DNA of 64,000 nucleotides from Candidatus Latescibacterota bacterium (GCA_965207885.1 OZ242311.1:5312001-5376000); one strand, 5' to 3'; shown: positions 20,668 through 29,831, counted from the first letter of the stretch. The notes: generated by a model from the letters alone, not told the origin. Program-made: numbers and translations.

Positions 20668-21538
20668 CTAGGTAGTGTCTGAAAAGTAAGCTTTGAAGAG
20701 TTGTCTGATACAGGCCAGCTTGACCATAGTGAGAAAATGAGTCGCCTTTTTTTCAAATCGGGTCACAATCCGTCGGCAGTGTTTAAGCCAACCAAAGAGA
20801 CGCTCCACGATATTGCGTTTGGCATATAATCTTTTATCACACTTAGGCCGTGGTCCTCTCTTACGCCGTTTTCTGCCTTTGGGAATCGCCTTGTTTGGGA
20901 TAGCAGCCTTGATACCCCGTTTGCGTAGATAGACTCTGATGCGTGAGACATCATAAGATTTATCAGCTACCAGATACTTGGGTCGGTTTCTTGGACGCCC
21001 TCGTTTGGTGGGTATGCATACCTTTGACAGTAGCCTTTCAGCCTGTGTGGATTCTGACTGGTTACCAGGGAGAAGATCCACTGCTAAAGGATGCCCGACT
21101 GCATCGCAAAGAAGATGGATTTTCGTGGTCAAACCGCCACGAGAGCGTCCTAAAGCGTGATCTGGGGGCTCTTCTTCACCCTTTTTGCCCTTTTTTTTTC
21201 GCTCCTGCCGCGGCTTGTGTGGCTCGAATATGGGTTGCATCCATCATCCAGGTCGCATAATCTAAAAGACCATCTTCACCCAATTTGAGATGTAGCTTTT
21301 CTACAATGCGATCAAAGGTGCCATCCTGTTTCCATTTGCAGAATCGGTCAAAGGCTGTCTGCCAAGGACCATATCGTTCTGGCAGGTCGCGCCAAGCTGC
21401 ACCTGAACACAATATCCAGAAGATCCCGTTGAATAATGTACGATCATCCCGACGGGGACGACCCATCTTCTTCGGCGGTGGGAACAGGTCTTGGATCAGA
21501 TGCCAAGCCTCGTCGCGCAGTTCATATCTCCGTTGCAT
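20668..21538 (-). CDS. IS5-family transposase (ORF A 21176..21538 and ORF B 20668..~21200, joined at an A9 run)
   Basis: GRPR.DDR..FNGIFW.L.SG..WRDLP.RYGPWQT; GRSRGGLTTKIH; VADKSYD; RNIVER.F..LK..RRI.TRFEK. Confidence 0.92.
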
Positions 21539-21607
21539 ATCATACTCCTTGGTTTAGGGCGTATGCTGCAACTAAAATACATACTTTACGACTTTTCAGA
21601 CACTACC
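20671..21607 (-). mobile_element. IS5-family insertion sequence (two-ORF, IS427/IS1031-like)
   Basis: Perfect 17-bp terminal IRs GGTAGTGTCTGAAAAGT / ACTTTTCAGACACTACC. Inserted in CTAG with TA duplicated (20669-20670, 21608-21609). Confidence 0.92.
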
Positions 21608-21642
21608 TAGTAAGGGTTATTACTTGTGGATTGATTAAAATC

Positions 21643-22586
21643 TCACTTAAGAAATTTTGCTGTCTCGCCATCTTTACACGTACGATCTCTGTCGTGAAAA
21701 AATAGAAAGTTGCGAAAAAACGTATTGACGATTGTCATATAACAGGCATTCTGTTTTCTTTTTTGAGCTTCTGGTGGAAGATCCGTGAACTCCTGGATGC
21801 GCTCAGGTGTCACCCCATGGATGTCGCGAATGGTATTGAACAGACCAATCAGATCTGTTTCACAGCAGTTATTCGCTTTAGCCAGCACGCTCAAATACAC
21901 ATCATCAACATGCGATAATGCCTTTGCAATTCGGGTGCGAGTCTCACTGACAGACTGAACATCCGAAAGCCTATCAGGCGCATCCCAACACGGTGTCACG
22001 GATTTGATCTTACGCAGCACGGCCAGATGGTGGTCTTCGCGGATAATCTCCACAGCAAAACTACTGGGATAGACGGACAGCCAGTTCTCGACAATTTGCT
22101 TCTCATAAGACCTTCTGAAATCGTCCAGAATGACCAGACCACCAATCTTGATCTGGTCATAAACCTGGTAAAGGCATGCCTCCCGACCTCGCAAGGTATA
22201 GACTGGCGGACCATCAATAACCACGCAATCTATCTCTTCCTTCCAAAACACCCCATCTTCATAAGTCAAAAATTCCGTATCTCCATAAGATTCAAGGGTA
22301 ATTGGACGATGTTTGATCGATAGATTGCGCTTATCCCAGAATGTTTGCATCAGACTCAGGGTCTCTGCAAAATTCCGCCAGTCGCCTTCTATAGACAGAA
22401 CCTCGGTTCCAAAAACGCCATCGCCAGACGGATAGAACTCGGACCACTTCCAAATTCGAGAATTCTTTCTACTGGAGACATCTGAAGAAGCGTGGTTGCG
22501 ATTCTCTCAAACGCTGTCTCACCAATGCTCCAGCCCGCGTCCAGATTAAGCCGATCCGGTATTTTGAGGTCGGAAATTTTATGCAT
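21643..22586 (-). CDS. class I SAM-dependent methyltransferase (Methyltransf_24-like), split by a 1-nt frameshift near 22412
   Basis: ILEFGSGPSS motif I in ORF 22389..22586. One extra T in the T5 run continues into GTEVLSIEGD...VVIDGPP...GGLVILDD in ORF 21643..22350. Confidence 0.8.
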
Positions 22587-22589
22587 GCC

Positions 22590-24032
22590 TTACTTCTTTA
22601 CTTCAGATACCACTTCCAGATCATATCGTCGCTGCAACAAAGACGCATCTTCCTCTGCAATCTCCATACACATCTCCATCGCCAATTCATAGCGATAGCG
22701 CGTCTGTTCACAAGCAACAGGGTTGGGATACATCGGATCACCCGTTGTCGTCCGCGCCTCCCAAAGACATCCGCCACCACACAGGTTGCGCGCCCAGCAC
22801 GTCTTGCACTCAGGACGATTATTCACATTGAACTGCGCGTCAAAATGCTGCTGCTTTTCGCGGTCAATACCCGCAAACACATCACCCATCTTAAACTCGG
22901 GCGCATCGGCCAAACTCGAACAAAAATAAATCGACCCATCTGCTGCAATAGCCAGATACTGCTTGCCACCCAGGCATCCATGACAGGATTTCTGGCGCGT
23001 CAACAGTTTCTGAATCCGCGGATCAAACTCTTCACTCTCTTCACCATTTAGAATGGCTTTGAGCGCACGCCTACTCCGCTTGTAAATTTGCTGCTTCAAC
23101 GCAGGTATGTGTTCTTCCCGAATCGCATAAGGCGCATCCGGTGAAACAACAGCCGGACCAACAAGCGCGTTATCAGTACCCAGAGAACGCAACGCATCGG
23201 CAATCTGATCCTCGTCCATATCATACGCTGTCATAACAGCCTGCAAATACACCCTCTCGGGAACCTCAGCAGTCAATTTCTGTACATTCTTTGCCACAAC
23301 ATCATAAGTGCCAGAACCATTGTGAAACTTGCGAATGCGGTCCTGTGTCTGACGCCCACCATCCAGACTGACCTTAATTTGAAACTTTTCATCAACCAAA
23401 AACTGCTTCATCTCGTCGGTCAACAACGTGCCATTGGTCACAATGCCAAAACCAACCTGCACACCCAATCGCGCTGATAGGGATTTGGCAAATGGGACAA
23501 GCTCCTGCATCAATGGAAAATTCAGAAGCGGCTCTCCGCCAAAAAAATCAATCTGGCATCGTCCCAATACCTGAGCCTCGGCAACAATCCAGCGTATGGC
23601 TTGCTCGGCAACATCTATTTGCATCAGCATCGCCTTACCGCCATAATCTCCACCGTGGGCAAAGCAATAAGCACACTGAATATTGCAAGTATGGGAAACG
23701 TGCAAAGACACCTGCAACCGATCTGTCTGCGATACGCCACAGGCTGCCACCCCTTCTGTCGTCGGCACACTGGATACCAGAGGCAAAGCACCATCCGAAA
23801 TCAAACCCACCTGGGACAGTTCCTCAATGGCCTCGACAATTTCTTCTGCCTCGTATTGATCAGCCAACCTCTGAACAACCTGCGAAACAGACAAACCCTC
23901 GCAACACTCTAAAATCGCCTCGAAAAGAGTATCCAATTTAAAAAATAGACCCGTCTCAATCTGATAGACAATCGGTTGTTCTTGCTCTTCTGTTTGAAAA
24001 AGATGCATTTCACATTTCTGAATGCACAGCAT
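22590..24032 (-). CDS. radical SAM/SPASM peptide maturase with N-terminal RRE-like domain (CteB/PapB/QhpD-like)
   Basis: LHVSHTCNIQCAYCFA (CxxxCxxC), IDFFGGEPLLN, VTNGTLL, VSLDG. SPASM C..CLGG...FC...CKTCWARNLCGGGC...C. GAGGAG RBS 8 nt before ATG 24032. Confidence 0.93.
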   Translation of the reverse strand: MLCIQKCEMHLFQTEEQEQPIVYQIETGLFFKLDTLFEAILECCEGLSVSQVVQRLADQYEAEEIVEAIEELSQVGLISDGALPLVSSVPTTEGVAACGVSQTDRLQVSLHVSHTCNIQCAYCFAHGGDYGGKAMLMQIDVAEQAIRWIVAEAQVLGRCQIDFFGGEPLLNFPLMQELVPFAKSLSARLGVQVGFGIVTNGTLLTDEMKQFLVDEKFQIKVSLDGGRQTQDRIRKFHNGSGTYDVVAKNVQKLTAEVPERVYLQAVMTAYDMDEDQIADALRSLGTDNALVGPAVVSPDAPYAIREEHIPALKQQIYKRSRRALKAILNGEESEEFDPRIQKLLTRQKSCHGCLGGKQYLAIAADGSIYFCSSLADAPEFKMGDVFAGIDREKQQHFDAQFNVNNRPECKTCWARNLCGGGCLWEARTTTGDPMYPNPVACEQTRYRYELAMEMCMEIAEEDASLLQRRYDLEVVSEVKK

Positions 24033-24056
24033 AGCACGCACTCCTCAAAACCCAAA

Positions 24057-24245
24057 TCACTTAGCCTGATCATCAACCTGTTCGAAATCGTCCCAATCGT
24101 CATCATCGGGAAAGGGCAGAGGGGGAACGCCAAAATCACCGGAGGGACAGAGCACTTCAAAACTATGCACAGTTTGGTACATAAGGATGCTACCTTCTTG
24201 ATCTATCGTTCCATTGATCAAAGTCAACTTACGTCGCGTTGTCAT
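24057..24245 (-). CDS. 62-aa putative RiPP precursor peptide
   Basis: AAGGAG RBS. First gene after the sigma54 promoter, directly upstream of the rSAM. Leader RRKLTLINGT, single CPSGD, acidic tail. Confidence 0.78.
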   Translation of the reverse strand: MTTRRKLTLINGTIDQEGSILMYQTVHSFEVLCPSGDFGVPPLPFPDDDDWDDFEQVDDQAK

Positions 24246-24291
24246 GTTACTCTCCTTGATAATGCAAAAATCTTAGATGCCGTTACTATAT

Positions 24292-24308
24292 TGCAAGATC
24301 CGTGCCTA
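24292..24308 (-). promoter_or_regulatory. sigma54 (-24/-12) promoter
   Basis: Minus strand TAGGCACGGATCTTGCA versus consensus TGGCACG-N4-TTGC(A/T). About 47 bp upstream of the precursor ATG and adjacent to a GAFTGA activator. Confidence 0.85.
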
Positions 24309-24323
24309 AAATCGCCTCAGCAC

Positions 24324-24355
24324 AAAAAAAAGCACTTGAAAATGCTCAAGTGCTT
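24324..24355 (-). terminator. intrinsic terminator-like hairpin between the activator gene and the sigma54 promoter
   Basis: Perfect 10-bp IR AAGCACTTGA-N6-TCAAGTGCTT followed by a T-run on the minus strand. Confidence 0.6.
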
Positions 24356-24498
24356 GAAAAACAAAGAGATAAAATTTAAAAATTATTTGTATTGTAAATG
24401 CGGCATCCAAATATATGTGTATCTAATAGATACGCATATAACCGTTCATTTAGGCAAAATATGTATAAATGATTGATTAATATAAAAATAAATTAAAG

Positions 24499-24533
24499 TG
24501 CATCTAAATGATACATTGTCACAAAATGATACA
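24499..24533. promoter_or_regulatory. tandem enhancer-like (UAS) sites for the sigma54 activator
   Basis: TGCATC-TAAAT-GATACA and TGTCAC-AAAAT-GATACA, 18-bp period, about 200 bp upstream of the -24/-12 box across an AT-rich spacer. Confidence 0.6.
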
Positions 24534-24545
24534 TTCGTTCAATAT

Positions 24546-27500
24546 CTATCTCAACCCCAAACGATTCATCTTTCTATACAAGCTGGCACGCACCAACCCC
24601 AGTTCTTCGGCCGTACGCTTAATATTACCCTCGTATTTTTCGAGCGCATCCATAATCAACCGTCTCTCATACTCCTGCATACGATCTTGTAAACGCCCTC
24701 CTGCTTGCGTGTGGGCATCCGCCCGTGCAGACAAGTGATATTCGACAAAGATACCCGACACAGCGTGAATGACAGCTTCTGAAAACAAATCAGGCGTAAT
24801 ATCACCCTCTTCTTCTGACAATGCTACCGCACGTCGAATTTCATGCTCCAACTCGCGCACATTACCAGGCCAGTTGTAACTTGTGAGTGCCCTGATTGCA
24901 CCCACTGTCAACCCTCCAACCGACTTTCTTGCCTCTTCTTTTGCTCGAATGAGCAGATGTCCAGCCAATAATGGCACATCTTCAAGGTGTTCTCGTAAAG
25001 GTGGCATATCGATCTGAATCCCGTGCAACCGGTAATACAAATCTTCGCGGAAAGAACCGTTTTCAACTTCTTTTTTTAAGTCTCGATTGGTCGCTGCAAT
25101 AATGCGTACATCCACTTCGCGATCCTCTGTTTCTCCCACACGCCGAATCTCACCTTCTTGCAACACCCGCAACAAACTTCTTTGCAACTGCGGCGGAGCA
25201 TCGGCGATTTCATCGAGAAGAACCGTGCCCCCATCAGCCGCTTCAAAAATCCCCTTATGATCTTCACTCGCGCCAGTAAACGCGCCTTTTTTGTGCCCAA
25301 ACAACTCACCCTGCAACAACTCTGGTGATAGTGTAGCACAATTTTGTGACAAAAATCGTTGATCTTTGCGCCTGCTATTGTAGTGTATGGCACGCGCAGC
25401 CAACTCTTTGCCCGTACCTGTTTCGCCCTGCACAAGTACGGGAATATCACTTTGTGAAGCGCGTTCGATAAGCTGGTAAACCACCTGCATAGCATCACTC
25501 TGCCCGACCAGATCATCAAGCCGGTACCGCCTTTCGACCTGTTGCTGAAAATATTGTGCTTTCTCTTCCAGTTGTTCATACATCCTCGCATTGACCAGCG
25601 CCAGCCCCACCAGATTCGCAAAAGCCTGTAAAAACGTCTGATCTGCTTCAGAAAATGCGTTGTCAATACCGCGATGATCCACATATAGCGCACCGATAAC
25701 ACCTTCCTTAACATGAAAAAGAGGCACACACAATACAGACCGAATGTGGTAGTCTATCACGCTCTGATACCGATTTAATCTTTCGTCTGTCTGGGCATCC
25801 ATGCTCAAAACGGGTTCATTGGTCTCAATAACGCGGCGAATAATACCCCGACTCAGTTCTTCTGCATCATCTGCTTCTACATTGTAGTAGCGCACGGCAT
25901 CAACCACAAAGCCTTTTGGGGTCTCATTTTTAATCGCAATAAGCACCCGCTCTGCTGGATAGACAGCCAACAAATTACCCAGAGTTCGATCCAATAACAC
26001 CTTGACATCGCGCTCTGTGGTCAATTCGTGGCTCACTTCGTAAAGCAAGCTCAAACGATCGACAGACAATGTATCGACTGAAATCCCAGAAATAGATGCG
26101 GCACCTGCTTGCGCGATAGCAGGCAAGTCCTCCTTGCGAGAAGATTTATCCAATTGATTTAATAAAATCCGTGTTTTCTCCAGAAAATAAGACATCTCCA
26201 TCTCTTCAAACGCCTGTTTTGCCGCTTCAAGATGTACTTGCGCTTTTGGTACATCATCGCGCTCGAGATAAAACTCCCCTGCTATCAACAGCGCACGCGC
26301 CCAGTGATCGCCTTTAGATTCTCTTCGGCATTCAATCGCCTGCTCAAAAGCCTCTTCAGCCTCAGCTATCCGCCCTGCATGAGCAAAAGCCGCACCAATA
26401 CCACAATACACCAAGGGCAATATGCCCGTGAACATACCCGATGTTTGTTGCGTACCTTCACTGGCTTTTTCTGCCCATTCAAATGCTGTTTCTGTATCTC
26501 CCATTCTCGCAGCAACCGTTGCCGCAATCGCATAAGCGCGATAGATATAATCTCTTCGCGATATTTGCAAAAACCCCTCCACCGAGGTCTCGGCATATTC
26601 CAATGCCTCGGCAAAATCACCGCGTTCCAGTGCCAATTCTCCCAGATAAAGGAAATTCACTGCCTCCCCATACACAAGTCCTTGCTTCCTCCACTCACCA
26701 ATGACCTCATAGCAAACGGCTTCTGTACGGGTGAGATCTCCCAGATAAAAATAAACCCTTTGAAGCGAATTAAGTGCCCCAATGCGATGATGTTCAAATC
26801 CAAGCTGTTGAGATGTTTTTACAGCCACTTCTAGATATTCTTTGGCTGTTTCAAATCGAAAGTCCACCAATGCAGCTTGACCTTCTCGAACTTGTATAAA
26901 AGCGTCTTTCTGCGGATCTATCAACACACGACGTTTCTCTATTTCCAGACGCATATACTCAAGTGCTTCTTTGTGCCGTCCAGATACATCGCACAAATAA
27001 GCCAAACTGCCCAATGCTTGAACTTCTCCGTCGAGATCATCCAGTTCACGATAAAGTCGCAATGCCTCCAGCATATATTCTTTTGCAATTTCTCCATGTT
27101 GAAGTACGCTGTGAATACCACCTTCATTCCACAAAATACGCGCTTTCAAATCTCTCCGGTCATCGGGCAATAACGCCTTTGCCTCGCCTAAAAGTTCCAA
27201 TGCTTTATTGTGTTGACCACAATTGCGCAACGTATCTGCATAATCGCACAAAAAGTCGATAGCATTTACTTGTGATTCAAAAACGCCATCCGCCTGCTGT
27301 ACAGCCTCAAACCGTCTCAATGCCTGGCGATAAGCGTGTTTTTCCAATGCTTTTTTGCCCGCCATGAGCGTATATTTCACAGCCTTATCTCGTTCTTCTG
27401 CCGCCGCAAAATGATTCGCCAATTCTTCTATCAATTCTTCTGCATCTTCCGAATCTTCCAGAGCATTGCCAATTTCTCGATGCAACAACCGCCGCCGCAC

Positions 27501-29420
27501 ATCTTGCATGCGGTCGTAAATTGCACGCCGACACAACTCCTGTGAAAACCGATATCGATCTTCAGCCTCTCCACAAGCCTCCAAAAGCCCTTCTGCAATA
27601 AGATAGTCCAGCACATCTAACAGTTCTAACTCATCACCGCGCCAAACTGCGGCCAATAGTTCAAAAGAAAAATCACTCAGAAAAACACAGGCGTATTCCA
27701 GCACCCGACGTTGCACAGCAGGCAGAGTAGCTACGCGCCTGTACAAAACCTCTAAAATGCCATCAGACAACAGGGTTTCGGGAAATTCTCCCCACTGCCA
27801 ATCGCCGGACACATTCTGCCAAACCACATCGGCATTGACCAGTGTCCTCATTGCCTCTAAGACAAACAGGGGTTGTCCACCCGTTTCTCTGAATAGGGTT
27901 TGCAAGGCATCAGAAGGTATGGACCGCTCCCCCAACATCGATGCCGCTAAATATCCCACCTCTTCTTGTTGTAAATACTCCAACTGAATCTGAGTCGCCT
28001 CAGCAAGTTCATTGCTGTGTATAAAATTCTCAATTTCCTCTGAAAGCGGTTCCAGGTTAGACCATCGACAAGTCAGGCATAACAAAAACGGACACGGTTC
28101 TGGATCGCGCAACACATACTGCAAAAATTCCAGAATCAATTCATCAAGCCATTGAATATCTTCCAAACTCAATACAATGGGCTGTTTCTGTCGCAGACGC
28201 TTTAATAACTGCGACCAATGCTCCATAATAGAAAACTTGTCCGTCTCTAATGAATCGGGCACTCTCCCCACCAAATCCGTCGTCTTTACCTGCTGAAAAG
28301 CATCAATTAACGCACCGTATATTTGTCCGCCCTCTTCTCGTCCTGCACCTTTCAAACACAGAAAATCATGGATCAAAGCATCGCCCAAGAGTTCTTCAAT
28401 CAGTCTCGTTTTACCCACACCAGACTCACCCGAGATCAGAACTACGCGCTGTTTGCCAGCCTGTACATCCTGCAACATCGCACCCAGTATCTTCATTTCA
28501 GATTCCCGCCCGACAAATTGTGGGCGCACAACTTTTCTATGCACATCGCGCTGCTCGTCCTCCAGCAGCACAAGTTCCGATGGTGCTACATTATTTAAGG
28601 CTTGCACCAACTCCCCTGCCGATTGATAACGATCAACACGATCCTTTGCCAGCAACCTCAGCACAATTTGTTTCATCTGTTCGGGAACAGCGATATTGAC
28701 TTCGTCTATTGGTAGCGGCATCTTTCGAATATGCTTCAGAATAACTGATATGGGATTTTGTCCAGAAAAGGGCGATGCGCCCGTGAGCATCTCGTATAAA
28801 ATCACGCCCAATGAGTACAAATCTGACCGATGATCCACCCACAACCCTTTACCCTGCTCTGGCGACATATATTCTGCTGTACCAATCGTTGCACCCGTCT
28901 GAGTAATGGAAGCACCGTGCAAATGCCTGAATTTCGCCAGCCCCAGATCCAGAATCGTGGTCTCAATCCCCTCTTCTGTTTCCAAAACCATAATATTGGA
29001 TGGCTTGAGATCGCGATGCACCGCACCCTGAGCGTGGACATAAGCCAACCCCTCGGCAATTTGTTGTATCAAATCAAAAAAGTGAGACGCCCGAAATTGC
29101 TCTAACAGTACACGATCAGCAATTATCTTTTCCAATGTCTTTCCGGGCAAATATTCCATTGTAAAATAGGGGCGATCTTCGGCAAAGCCCCAAGTATATG
29201 TGCGCACCAGGCGCGGGTGCTGAAATCTGTTCAACACTTGAAATTCTCTGTGAAAACGGCGGTACACAGCCTTCTGATCCACCATGGTATTCAAGATTTT
29301 GAGCGCGCACTCCTGGCCTTGCTCCAGGTCTAACACCCGATAGACTTCGCCCATGCCCCCGGTTCCCAGGTGCGCCTGGATTTGGTATTTGTTGTCGAGA
29401 ATGGTGCCGATTGCAAACAT
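24546..29420 (-). CDS. 1624-aa Ser/Thr kinase - AAA ATPase - TPR - GAF - sigma54 interaction - Fis HTH transcriptional activator
   Basis: GTGGMGEV, ALK, HRDLKPSN, DLG, GTAEYMSPE. FVGRESE..GESGVGKT (AAA_16-like). Helical TPR region. GAF (RSVLCVPL). GETGTGKE, GAFTGA, WPGNVRELE and C-terminal HTH. Confidence 0.92.
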   Translation of the reverse strand: MFAIGTILDNKYQIQAHLGTGGMGEVYRVLDLEQGQECALKILNTMVDQKAVYRRFHREFQVLNRFQHPRLVRTYTWGFAEDRPYFTMEYLPGKTLEKIIADRVLLEQFRASHFFDLIQQIAEGLAYVHAQGAVHRDLKPSNIMVLETEEGIETTILDLGLAKFRHLHGASITQTGATIGTAEYMSPEQGKGLWVDHRSDLYSLGVILYEMLTGASPFSGQNPISVILKHIRKMPLPIDEVNIAVPEQMKQIVLRLLAKDRVDRYQSAGELVQALNNVAPSELVLLEDEQRDVHRKVVRPQFVGRESEMKILGAMLQDVQAGKQRVVLISGESGVGKTRLIEELLGDALIHDFLCLKGAGREEGGQIYGALIDAFQQVKTTDLVGRVPDSLETDKFSIMEHWSQLLKRLRQKQPIVLSLEDIQWLDELILEFLQYVLRDPEPCPFLLCLTCRWSNLEPLSEEIENFIHSNELAEATQIQLEYLQQEEVGYLAASMLGERSIPSDALQTLFRETGGQPLFVLEAMRTLVNADVVWQNVSGDWQWGEFPETLLSDGILEVLYRRVATLPAVQRRVLEYACVFLSDFSFELLAAVWRGDELELLDVLDYLIAEGLLEACGEAEDRYRFSQELCRRAIYDRMQDVRRRLLHREIGNALEDSEDAEELIEELANHFAAAEERDKAVKYTLMAGKKALEKHAYRQALRRFEAVQQADGVFESQVNAIDFLCDYADTLRNCGQHNKALELLGEAKALLPDDRRDLKARILWNEGGIHSVLQHGEIAKEYMLEALRLYRELDDLDGEVQALGSLAYLCDVSGRHKEALEYMRLEIEKRRVLIDPQKDAFIQVREGQAALVDFRFETAKEYLEVAVKTSQQLGFEHHRIGALNSLQRVYFYLGDLTRTEAVCYEVIGEWRKQGLVYGEAVNFLYLGELALERGDFAEALEYAETSVEGFLQISRRDYIYRAYAIAATVAARMGDTETAFEWAEKASEGTQQTSGMFTGILPLVYCGIGAAFAHAGRIAEAEEAFEQAIECRRESKGDHWARALLIAGEFYLERDDVPKAQVHLEAAKQAFEEMEMSYFLEKTRILLNQLDKSSRKEDLPAIAQAGAASISGISVDTLSVDRLSLLYEVSHELTTERDVKVLLDRTLGNLLAVYPAERVLIAIKNETPKGFVVDAVRYYNVEADDAEELSRGIIRRVIETNEPVLSMDAQTDERLNRYQSVIDYHIRSVLCVPLFHVKEGVIGALYVDHRGIDNAFSEADQTFLQAFANLVGLALVNARMYEQLEEKAQYFQQQVERRYRLDDLVGQSDAMQVVYQLIERASQSDIPVLVQGETGTGKELAARAIHYNSRRKDQRFLSQNCATLSPELLQGELFGHKKGAFTGASEDHKGIFEAADGGTVLLDEIADAPPQLQRSLLRVLQEGEIRRVGETEDREVDVRIIAATNRDLKKEVENGSFREDLYYRLHGIQIDMPPLREHLEDVPLLAGHLLIRAKEEARKSVGGLTVGAIRALTSYNWPGNVRELEHEIRRAVALSEEEGDITPDLFSEAVIHAVSGIFVEYHLSARADAHTQAGGRLQDRMQEYERRLIMDALEKYEGNIKRTAEELGLVRASLYRKMNRLGLR

Positions 29421-29831
29421 GACCCGCTCTACTTTCTCCAGATCAACAAGACTTTGGAAGCCATTTTAAAACGTTTGCGAACTGATTGGTAATTTCAAAA
29501 GAATTGGCTGAGGGATGTGCATAATTCAAAAGCAGACTGCCTTGATGTGCGAAGTAGTTCGGAATGGACAATATATTATCTATAAATATTTATAATAGCT
29601 TGATATATTGCTTAATAAACAGTCTTTTAAAGAAAAAACGATACATTGTATTAATCACAATATATCGCCCTTATTAGAGGATCGCAAGCCTATTTTTATA
29701 TTTCGCAATGCGTCAAATTCAGGATTTTTTTAACCTTTTTTGCGACACGGGGCGCAGTTTATTCTGTTGCGATTCACTATAATAATAATTTTATATTACG
29801 GTAGTTAGCCAAAAGCGTCGTGGAGGAACAA

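Noticed and set aside
22590-24032. rSAM as an anaerobic sulfatase maturase for the sulfatase at 5.3-6.8 kb
   Set aside because: It has an extra N-terminal RRE-like segment and an FFGGEP motif, and sits directly behind a peptide in a PCAT cluster 16 kb from the sulfatase. A peptide maturase is the better fit.
24263-24282. Second GG...GC sigma54-like site (CGGCATCTAAGATTTTTGCA)
   Set aside because: The spacing between GG and GC is too long for a -24/-12 promoter.
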